From Clostridiales bacterium Firm_07 (GTDB lineage Bacteria > Bacillota > Clostridia > Oscillospirales > CAG-272): a stretch of 64,000 nucleotides of DNA. A program made the position numbers and the translations under genes. The notes beneath the pieces were generated by a model. It did not search any database and was not told the DNA's origin. It was given only the letters and a program-made list of their open reading frames with translations. Of this stretch, positions 45,700-52,861 are shown in pieces (position 1 is the stretch's first letter; each line of letters opens with the position of its first letter). The DNA lies in contig LVAM01000019.1 of the NCBI GenBank assembly GCA_001604005.1, positions 148,754 through 212,753 of the forward strand, given 5' to 3'.

Positions 45700-47682
45700 T
45701 TACCTCTTTTCGCCGTTTTGCTCTTCTTCCAGTTGGCGGATCTTATCCCGAAGGAACGCCGCCTGCTCAAACTCCAATTTTCTTGCCGCCTCGCGCATTT
45801 CGGAGCGCAACACCTCGATGAGTTTCTTGCGCTCGGCGGGCGACATTTTCTTTTTCCTGCCTTTTTCGCCTTCGGTGTTTTGCGCGATCTCAATGAGATC
45901 CCGCACTTCCTTGACGATGGTGCGCGGCGTGATGCCGTGCGCCGTATTGTAGGCGCTCTGTATCGCGCGGCGGCGGTTGGTCTCTCCGATGGCGCGCCGC
46001 ATCGCGCCCGTCACGCTGTCCGCGTACATCAGCACTTTGCCGGACGCGTTGCGCGCGGCGCGGCCGATGGTTTGGATAAGCGAACTTTCGGTGCGCAAAA
46101 AGCCTTCTTTGTCGGCGTCAAGGATCGCCACAAGCGACACCTCGGGGAGATCCAGCCCTTCGCGCAAAAGATTGATACCGACCAGCACGTCGAAATTTCC
46201 GAGACGCAGATCGCGTATGATCTCGATGCGCTCCATCGTTTCCACGTTGAAGTGGATATAGCGGACGCGCACGCCGTTTTCTTCGAGATATCCCGTTAAG
46301 TCTTCCGCCATCTGTTTTGTCAGCGTGGTGACAAGCACGCGCTCACCGCGCGCGGCACGCAGGCGGATCTCTCCGAGAAGATCGTCCACTTGTCCCTCGA
46401 TCGGGCGCACTTCCACCTCGGGATCAAGCAATCCCGTCGGGCGTATGATCTGCTCCACCACCTGCTCGGCGTGTTCTTTTTCATAATCGGCGGGCGTGGC
46501 GCTGACAAAAACCGTCTGTCCCATTCTCGCCTCAAATTCGGGAAAATACAGCGGGCGGTTGTCATAGGCGGAAGGAAGACGAAAGCCGAAATCCACCAAA
46601 TTCTTCTTGCGCGCGCTGTCGCCGCCGCTCATACCCCGCACCTGCGGGATCATAATGTGCGACTCGTCCACGAAAAGCAGATAATCTTTCGGAAAATAAT
46701 CCAAAAGCGTAAACGGCGTCGAGCCTGCGGGTCTGCCCGCAAGCACGCGGGAATAATTCTCCACGCCCGAACAATACCCCACTTCACGCAACATTTCGAG
46801 ATCGTATTTGACGCGCTCCTCGATGCGCTGCGCCTCGATCAACTTGTTTTGACTTTTGAAAAACTCCACCCGTTCCAACATCTCCGCGCCGATCTCGGCA
46901 AGCGCGGCTTCGCGCTTCGCCTCGGAAACGGCGTAGTGCGTGGCGGGAAACACACCGAAATAGCGCAATTCGCGCAGCGTTTGCCCGCTGACGGGACGAA
47001 ACTCCGTGATGCGGTCGATCTCGTCGCCGAAAAACTCAACGCGCACCGCGCGCTCCTCAAATCCCGCGGGATAAATGTCCACCGTGTCGCCGCGCACGCG
47101 GAATTTGTCGCGCACAAAGTTCATATCGTTGCGCTCGTATTGAATGGCGACAAGGCGTGCGAGCAGTTCCTCGCGGGACATTTTCATTCCGGGACGAAGC
47201 GAGATAATAAGGCTCTTATATTCTTCTGGGTCGCCGAGAGAATAAATGCAGGAAACGCTTGCCACGATGATGACGTCGCGCCGCTCAAAAAGCGCGCTGG
47301 TGGCGCTGTGACGGAGGCGGTCGATCTCGTCGTTGATCGCGGCGTCCTTTTCGATATACATATCTTTGCCGGGAATATAGGCTTCGGGTTGATAGTAATC
47401 GTAATACGACACGAAGAACTCCACCGCCGCGTCGGGGAAAAACTCCCGCATCTCCGAGCAAAGCTGCGCCGCAAGGGTTTTGTTGGGCTCCAATATCAGC
47501 GTGGGGCGGTTTTCCCGCGCGATCACGTTCGCCATCGTAAACGTTTTGCCCGATCCCGTGACGCCGAGCAAGGTCTGCGCGCGCATACCCGCCTCGATAC
47601 CGCGGCAAAGCGCGTCGATCGCCTGCGGTTGATCCCCCGTGGGTGAAAAAGAACTTTTCAAATGAAAAACGCCATCGCTCAA
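45700..47682 (-). CDS. uvrB: excinuclease ABC subunit UvrB (non-ATG start)
   Basis: ...[43 protein letters not shown]... There is no in-frame ATG near the conserved N-terminus. The AAAGGGGG RBS is followed by GTG (47691) and TTG (47682); I prefer TTG on spacing. Confidence 0.9.
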   Translation of the reverse strand: MSDGVFHLKSSFSPTGDQPQAIDALCRGIEAGMRAQTLLGVTGSGKTFTMANVIARENRPTLILEPNKTLAAQLCSEMREFFPDAAVEFFVSYYDYYQPEAYIPGKDMYIEKDAAINDEIDRLRHSATSALFERRDVIIVASVSCIYSLGDPEEYKSLIISLRPGMKMSREELLARLVAIQYERNDMNFVRDKFRVRGDTVDIYPAGFEERAVRVEFFGDEIDRITEFRPVSGQTLRELRYFGVFPATHYAVSEAKREAALAEIGAEMLERVEFFKSQNKLIEAQRIEERVKYDLEMLREVGYCSGVENYSRVLAGRPAGSTPFTLLDYFPKDYLLFVDESHIMIPQVRGMSGGDSARKKNLVDFGFRLPSAYDNRPLYFPEFEARMGQTVFVSATPADYEKEHAEQVVEQIIRPTGLLDPEVEVRPIEGQVDDLLGEIRLRAARGERVLVTTLTKQMAEDLTGYLEENGVRVRYIHFNVETMERIEIIRDLRLGNFDVLVGINLLREGLDLPEVSLVAILDADKEGFLRTESSLIQTIGRAARNASGKVLMYADSVTGAMRRAIGETNRRRAIQSAYNTAHGITPRTIVKEVRDLIEIAQNTEGEKGRKKKMSPAERKKLIEVLRSEMREAARKLEFEQAAFLRDKIRQLEEEQNGEKR

Positions 47683-47714
47683 CGCGCGCACCCCCTTTTT
47701 TGACAGATATATAT

Positions 47715-47743
47715 AGTATAGCACAAGCAACGCCAAAAAGCAA
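47715..47743 (-). promoter_or_regulatory. sigma-A promoter of uvrB-uvrA (extended -10)
   Basis: Minus strand: TTGCTT (47743-47738), 17 nt spacer, TGC-TATACT (-10 at 47720-47715). Confidence 0.5.
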
Positions 47744-47763
47744 AGCATCTTTGCATTTTCTAA

Positions 47764-47791
47764 AAAGAAAAAAACCGTCCGAAGACGGTTT
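47764..47791 (-). terminator. intrinsic terminator of the two-gene membrane operon
   Basis: Minus strand: AACCGTC-TTCG-GACGGTT followed by TTTTTTTC, directly after the stop at 47792-47794. Confidence 0.7.
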
Positions 47792-48373
47792 TCAAACTGC
47801 GGGGCGCAGCAGGAGATACGAAATGCCGATCGCCGCAAGAGACAGCAAAGCGCCAAGCAAAAACTCTCTTATCGTGTGCCTGCCGAGATACAGAGACGCC
47901 CAAAGGGTGAGAAAGAAAAGAAAGATACCGAACGGCAAAACGACAGGTCCTATAAAGAGAACGAGCAAGGTAAGCGGCCCGACAAGACTGCTCGCGTGCC
48001 CGCTGGCGTGCAGGGGCGTAAGGTTGATCGCCGTGAGAAAGAGGAGCGAAAGGCAATACACGACGACGAGAAAGAGTGCGTTTTTCCCCGCGCGGCGCAG
48101 CAAAGCGAAAACGAGCGCGCCGATATATCCGCCAATCGCCCACAAAAACGCGAGCCGGCGCTGCATTTTTCTGCCCCCCGCGCGGAGCGTCGGGATCATT
48201 TTTTGAAAAGGATACGCGAAAAGCGGCACTGCGCCGAGAAACAGCAAGATCCAAAAGAAATCCGCCGCGGAGAGAAAAACGTCCGCGAAAAACCACAGCA
48301 AAGTCATCAAAACCGCCACCATAACGGGCGGCACCGTCAGCACGCGGACGGCTTTCGCGATTTTTTTAAGCAT
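47792..48373 (-). CDS. integral membrane protein, PAP2-like phosphatase (tentative)
   Basis: 193 aa with about 6 TM segments. PLHASGHAS and [14 protein letters not shown] resemble PAP2 motifs 2 and 3 (SGH, RxxxxxHxxxD with E in place of D). An AAAGGGGTG RBS precedes the start. Confidence 0.4.
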   Translation of the reverse strand: MLKKIAKAVRVLTVPPVMVAVLMTLLWFFADVFLSAADFFWILLFLGAVPLFAYPFQKMIPTLRAGGRKMQRRLAFLWAIGGYIGALVFALLRRAGKNALFLVVVYCLSLLFLTAINLTPLHASGHASSLVGPLTLLVLFIGPVVLPFGIFLFFLTLWASLYLGRHTIREFLLGALLSLAAIGISYLLLRPAV

Positions 48374-48396
48374 AAGACACCCCTTTCAAAGATTTT

Positions 48397-48969
48397 TCAT
48401 TCGGGTCGGCCGTCGTTCTTGACATCTTTGTTTTTTGGTATTAAAATGTTAGTAGCGTGAAGATTGAAACTGCCGAGAATATACCCGACGGATATGACGA
48501 TCAGCGCGGGCGCGACGATGGCGAAATACGCCCACACAAAATCGCGAAGGAAAAGACCGCGCAACGGGATCGCCAAGATCCCCTCGTACATACCTTCCCA
48601 CAACAACGCGATGAATTTCGCGGCGGAACCGAGCCCGTTTTTGGGATTTGCGATACAGGGCAACGTGAGAAACGCAAGAAGCAAATTAAAAGCGTTGCTG
48701 CACAACGCGATGAGAAGCCCGCGATAGAGTTTTCTGCTGTTTCCCCGCGCCGCGGCGCTGATGCCGTCTTTCGCGCCGACTTCCCAAATCACGGCGTATT
48801 CAAGGAAAAGATAAAAAAGAACCGAAAAAACGCTGGTAACGACAAGCAACGCCTGTCTGCCGCTTTTGGCGGCGGCAAACGCCATCGCCACGCCGAAAAG
48901 CGCAATGGCGAACTGATTGAGCGTCAGTTTGAAGATCGTATATCCGTATCGTTTGAAAAAGGCTTTCAT
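48397..48969 (-). CDS. hypothetical integral membrane protein
   Basis: The ATG at 48969 follows a GGGAGG RBS (MKAFFKRYGYTIFKLTLNQFAIALFGVAMAF...). About 5 TM segments. No family recognised. Confidence 0.55.
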   Translation of the reverse strand: MKAFFKRYGYTIFKLTLNQFAIALFGVAMAFAAAKSGRQALLVVTSVFSVLFYLFLEYAVIWEVGAKDGISAAARGNSRKLYRGLLIALCSNAFNLLLAFLTLPCIANPKNGLGSAAKFIALLWEGMYEGILAIPLRGLFLRDFVWAYFAIVAPALIVISVGYILGSFNLHATNILIPKNKDVKNDGRPE

Positions 48970-49069
48970 ACAAAGACCTCCCTGTGAATTCTTTTTCATT
49001 ATACAGAAAATTGCCGGCGAATGCAAGAAAAATCACAGTTTTTTCACATTTCAAAGAAAGGAGACAACG

Positions 49070-50083
49070 ATGAGCAAACCCTATGCCGTGCCGCTTGCCG
49101 AATGTCCCGCGCCGGTGCGCGATTTTGCCGCCTATAAATCGGGCATTCAGAACTGCTCCGTAAAGACCGTCTCCGAATATCTCCTGGATCTGCGCACCTT
49201 CTGCCGCTATATCGTGGCAACGCGAAACGGGATCGACACCGAATCCGACGAGTTTTTGTCGATCGACATACGGGAACTCGACCTTGCTTTTTTCGGCTCG
49301 ATCAAGACTTCCGAAATTTACGCCTTTTTACAATACACCGGCTCGGTGCGCCGTAATCTGTGGGCGGCAAAAGCGCGCAAGTTGGTGACGATCCGTATGT
49401 TTTACCGCTATTTGGTCAACAAGACGAAACAACTTGAAGTCAATCCCGCCGCCGACATCGAGTCGCCGAAGCCGAAAAAAACGCTGCCGAAAGTGCTCTC
49501 CCTTGAAGAATCTCTCCTGCTTCTTAGAACGGTGGCGGAAGACCGTTCTTCCCGCACCGTCAAACGCGATTATGCCATCGTCACCCTCTTTTTGAATTGC
49601 GGTATGCGCGTTTCGGAACTGGTTGGTATCGACCTTTCGGATATCAACCGCGAAATGCAGTCGCTCCGCGTGACGGGCAAGGGCGCGAAAGAGCGCATCA
49701 TCTATCTCAACGACGCCTGCCGCGCCGCGCTGACCGATTATCTTGCCGAGCGCAAAGCCCTTGAAAACGGGCGCGATCTGCACGAAAAAGCGCTGTTTTT
49801 AAGCGAGCGTATGCAGCGCATCAGCGTCAAGACCGTGCAATGGATGGTTTATAAATATCTCGATATGGCGGGGCTGGGAGAGCGCAAACTCTCGGTGCAC
49901 AAACTGCGTCACACCGCCGCGACGCTGATGTATCAATCGGGCGAGGTGGACGTGCGCGTGCTCAAAGACATTTTGGGGCACGAACAGCTCAACACCACGC
50001 AAATTTACACGCACGTCAGCAGCAGCAGTATGGAAAACGCCATGTCCAAAAATCCGTTGGCGAATATTCAACCGAAAAAATGA
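49070..50083 (+). CDS. tyrosine site-specific recombinase, XerC/XerD family
   Basis: The ATG at 49070 follows AAAGGAG. It has an N-terminal SAM-like core-binding domain and the catalytic ...GMRVSELVGIDLSD..., ...HKLRHTAATLMY... and ...LGHEQLNTTQIYTHV (R..HxxR..Y). Confidence 0.85.
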   Translation: MSKPYAVPLAECPAPVRDFAAYKSGIQNCSVKTVSEYLLDLRTFCRYIVATRNGIDTESDEFLSIDIRELDLAFFGSIKTSEIYAFLQYTGSVRRNLWAAKARKLVTIRMFYRYLVNKTKQLEVNPAADIESPKPKKTLPKVLSLEESLLLLRTVAEDRSSRTVKRDYAIVTLFLNCGMRVSELVGIDLSDINREMQSLRVTGKGAKERIIYLNDACRAALTDYLAERKALENGRDLHEKALFLSERMQRISVKTVQWMVYKYLDMAGLGERKLSVHKLRHTAATLMYQSGEVDVRVLKDILGHEQLNTTQIYTHVSSSSMENAMSKNPLANIQPKK

Positions 50084-50112
50084 ACCGCGCGGAACACCGC
50101 GCGGTTCATTTT
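50081..50112. terminator. bidirectional terminator shared by the convergent xer-like and rqcH genes
   Basis: TGAACCGCGCGG-AACA-CCGCGCGGTTCA-TTTT. The xer TGA (50081-50083) and the rqcH stop (50106-50108) both lie inside the stem. Confidence 0.65.
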
Positions 50113-51860
50113 ATCCGCATCGCGGCGATCTTTTCCCTATTCGGGCTGACCGTCGCGCTGTAATTCGTGTGATAGACCACAAAGCCGGGGCGTGCGCCCG
50201 GCACTTTTTTCAGTTGCCGCACCGTGGTATAATCGACTTCGGTCATCGGCGCGCCCGATGCCGCCGAGAAAAGCGCCGCGATCTCCGCCGCCTCGGTAAA
50301 ATCGGTGGCGGGCGGCTCGCCTTTCCCTTCCAACAGCAAAACGACGTGCGAGCCCGCTTTGTTTTTTGCGTGAAACCAAAAATCGTCTTTTTCCGCCACT
50401 TTGTGCGTGATATATTCGTTTTGCAGATTGTTTTTTCCGCAAAGCACGCGATAGCCGCCGCTTGTGCGATATTCCGCAAAGGCGGGAACGGCTTTCTTTG
50501 CCCTGCCCTTCGCGCTGCCCCCGCGCACGCCGTATCCGGCGGCGGCAAGTTCCTCGCGGATCTCCGCAAGGTCCTCCGCTCCCTCCGCGCCCGCAAGTGC
50601 CGCGGCAACGCTGTCAAGATACGAAAGTTCGCTCTCTCCGATCTCGATCTGCCTTGTCAGTTCGGTTTCGGCGGTCTTGCATTTATTGTACTTTTTGTAA
50701 TACCGCTGTGCGTTTGCCGCGGGCGATAGGCGCGCGTCAAGTTCCACCGTCACTTTTCCGAAACCGCCATCCGGCAAAAGATCGGTGTAATCGATCAATT
50801 CCGCGCGGCAGTCTCCCCGCGCGATCGCGTGACAGTTTGCGATGATGAGATCGCCCGCGCGGCGGTATGCGTCTTTTTCGCGGCAAAGCGCCAGTTCGCC
50901 GCGCTGCAACTCTAATTTCCGCAAAATGCGATTGCGGGAACTGCCGACCAGGTGCAACAGATCCGCGGCGCGCTGTTTTACGCGCGCGGCGCGGTCGCGC
51001 TCCGAAAACCAAACGTCAAGCAGTTCCGACGGGCTGTCAAAGCTTTGTGTTTTTCCGTATTGCGTGAGCGGCAAAAAGCCGTATTCCACGAGCGCTCCCG
51101 CTTCGCTTTTGACGAGCGACGGTTTTGTTTTTCCGTGTTTTAGATCGCTGAAAACGCCGGAAAACGCGGCAAAAAACGCGGCGACGTCGGAAACGGGCGC
51201 GTCGGTCGCGCCCGCGGCGCGATACGCGATCTCGCGCGCCGACGCCGGGCTGACGCCGCAAAAAGAGGCAAGGATCCACTTATCCGCGGGCATATCTTTC
51301 GCTTTTTCCGCAAGCGCGAAAAACTCTTCTTTTCGTATTTCAGTCGGGTCTGCTTTCTCCTGTGGGGGCGGCAATTCATATCGCATGCCGACAAGCAATT
51401 GCCGTTTCGTGCTGGTGGAAAAATCCACGGGACGAAGCACGCCGAGTATTTTCCCTTCACTGTCGGTAAAAATCAGATTGCTGTATTTGCCCATCATTTC
51501 GGCGACAAGGCGGCGCTCGACAAGGTCGCCGAGTTCGTTGCGGCACTCAAAAGAAAGCGTGGCGACGCGCTCAAAACCGCTCTGTTTGATCGAAAGGAAG
51601 CGCGCGCCCGAAAGATGTTTGCGCAAAAGCAGACAAAACGCCGGCGGAACGGGAGGATTGTCCGCTTGCAGAGCGGTAAAACCGATGCGCGGATTTTGCG
51701 ATCCCGCGTTGATCAGAAGACGTTTCGCCCCGTCTTTCGCGCGAAGCGTGAAGATCAGCGCCTCTTTTTCGGGCTGTGCGATCTTTTCAATCCGCGCGCC
51801 CGCCGCTTCTCGCCCGATCTCGGCGACAAGCAAAGAAAGATACCCCGCGTCCAGCGCCAT
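50106..51860 (-). CDS. rqcH: NFACT-family ribosome quality-control protein RqcH (fibronectin-binding protein A-like)
   Basis: 584 aa. It has MALDAGYLSLLVAEIGREAAGARIEKIAQPEKEALIFTLRAKDGAKRLLINAGSQNPRIGFT..., a coiled-coil middle region and the C-terminal NFACT-R-like ...FWFHAKNKAGSHVVL... Confidence 0.85.
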   Translation of the reverse strand: MALDAGYLSLLVAEIGREAAGARIEKIAQPEKEALIFTLRAKDGAKRLLINAGSQNPRIGFTALQADNPPVPPAFCLLLRKHLSGARFLSIKQSGFERVATLSFECRNELGDLVERRLVAEMMGKYSNLIFTDSEGKILGVLRPVDFSTSTKRQLLVGMRYELPPPQEKADPTEIRKEEFFALAEKAKDMPADKWILASFCGVSPASAREIAYRAAGATDAPVSDVAAFFAAFSGVFSDLKHGKTKPSLVKSEAGALVEYGFLPLTQYGKTQSFDSPSELLDVWFSERDRAARVKQRAADLLHLVGSSRNRILRKLELQRGELALCREKDAYRRAGDLIIANCHAIARGDCRAELIDYTDLLPDGGFGKVTVELDARLSPAANAQRYYKKYNKCKTAETELTRQIEIGESELSYLDSVAAALAGAEGAEDLAEIREELAAAGYGVRGGSAKGRAKKAVPAFAEYRTSGGYRVLCGKNNLQNEYITHKVAEKDDFWFHAKNKAGSHVVLLLEGKGEPPATDFTEAAEIAALFSAASGAPMTEVDYTTVRQLKKVPGARPGFVVYHTNYSATVSPNREKIAAMRIK

Positions 51861-51893
51861 CTTCCGCTCCCCCTTTCATAAAATAACAAGAAC

Positions 51894-51922
51894 AGTATAG
51901 CATACGCTTGATTTTTTTTCAA
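51894..51922 (-). promoter_or_regulatory. sigma-A promoter of rqcH (extended -10)
   Basis: Minus strand: TTGAAA (51922-51917), 17 nt spacer, TGC-TATACT (-10 at 51899-51894). It lies back-to-back with the coaW promoter. Confidence 0.55.
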
Positions 51923-51936
51923 GTCTGTGATACAAT
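51908..51936 (+). promoter_or_regulatory. sigma-A promoter of coaW
   Basis: TTGATT (51908-51913), 17 nt spacer, TACAAT (51931-51936). Confidence 0.55.
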
Positions 51937-51964
51937 AATGATACTTCAAAAAAGGAGTTTTCGT

Positions 51965-52810
51965 ATGAAAAAAACCGTGCTCGGCATTGACGTGGGCGGA
52001 AGCACCACAAAGATCGTCGGTTTCAGAGAAAACGACGGGGAGCGCACGCTCATCACACCGCAATTCGTGCGCGCCGCCGATCCTCTCACCTCGATCTACG
52101 GCGCTTTCGGCAAATTTACAATGGAAAACGACCTTTCCCCTTCCTCGATCACGCGCGTGATGATGACCGGCGTCGGCTCCGCGTTTCAGCAAAAGCCGCT
52201 CTACGAAGGGCTTGATTGCCGCGCCGTTTCGGAATTTCAAAGCGTAGGGCTGGGCGGTCTCTATCTTTCGGGGCTTCCCGAGGCGATCGTCGTCAGTATG
52301 GGCACGGGCACGGCGCTTATTTACGCCAAACGTGAAAACGATAAAACCGATATCCGTTATCTCGGCGGCACCGGCGTCGGCGGCGGGACCGTGATCGGTC
52401 TTTCCCGCAAAATGCTGGGCGTCGATACGGTAGAACACATCGAACAACTGGCAAAAGGCGGCGATCTCTCGCAGATCGATTTGCGCATCGGCGATATTAC
52501 GGCGGATCCGGAACTTTCCGGCAACCTTGATCTCACCGCCTCCAATTTCGGAAAATTGAGCGATCTGGCAACTCCCGAAGACATCGCGTGCGGCATACTC
52601 AATATGGTAGCGGAAACGGTCGGTATGATGGCGGTTTTCGCCGCGAGAAATTATCATCTCTCTGACGTTGTCCTGACGGGAAATCTCACCACGATCGAGC
52701 CGATACGCACTACGCTTTTCGGCTTTGAAAAGAATTTCGGCATTCGTTTTCACATTCCCGAAAACGCGCAGTACGGCACCGTCATCGGCGCCGCGCTCTC
52801 CGCTCTGTAA
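51965..52810 (+). CDS. coaW: type II pantothenate kinase (CoaW-like, ASKHA fold)
   Basis: The ATG at 51965 follows AAAGGAG. MKKTVLGIDVGGSTTKIV..., ...VSMGTGTALIY..., ...YLGGTGVGGGTVIGLS... and ...LTASNFGK... are collinear with the staphylococcal type II PanK as I remember it. Confidence 0.7.
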   Translation: MKKTVLGIDVGGSTTKIVGFRENDGERTLITPQFVRAADPLTSIYGAFGKFTMENDLSPSSITRVMMTGVGSAFQQKPLYEGLDCRAVSEFQSVGLGGLYLSGLPEAIVVSMGTGTALIYAKRENDKTDIRYLGGTGVGGGTVIGLSRKMLGVDTVEHIEQLAKGGDLSQIDLRIGDITADPELSGNLDLTASNFGKLSDLATPEDIACGILNMVAETVGMMAVFAARNYHLSDVVLTGNLTTIEPIRTTLFGFEKNFGIRFHIPENAQYGTVIGAALSAL

Positions 52811-52822
52811 TTTCAAAAACGC

Positions 52823-52852
52823 AAAAAAAGCGCCGCATATGCGGCGCTTTTT
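52823..52852. terminator. bidirectional terminator between coaW and the lipoprotein gene
   Basis: AAAAAAA-GCGCCGC-ATAT-GCGGCGC-TTTTT. Confidence 0.75.
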
Positions 52853-52861
52853 GTTGTTACA

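Noticed and set aside
43220-45952. 910-aa ORF on the plus strand, antisense to uvrA and to the end of uvrB.
   Set aside because: This is a shadow ORF typical of GC-rich coding DNA. It is Arg/Ala/Gly/His-rich and of low complexity, has no RBS, and spans a gene boundary. The sense-strand products are unmistakable UvrA and UvrB.
49070-50083. Tyrosine recombinase as the integrase of an integrated mobile element.
   Set aside because: I saw no flanking direct repeats, tRNA target, or phage, plasmid or transposon genes. Both neighbours are ordinary chromosomal genes, and the sequence is XerC/D-like.
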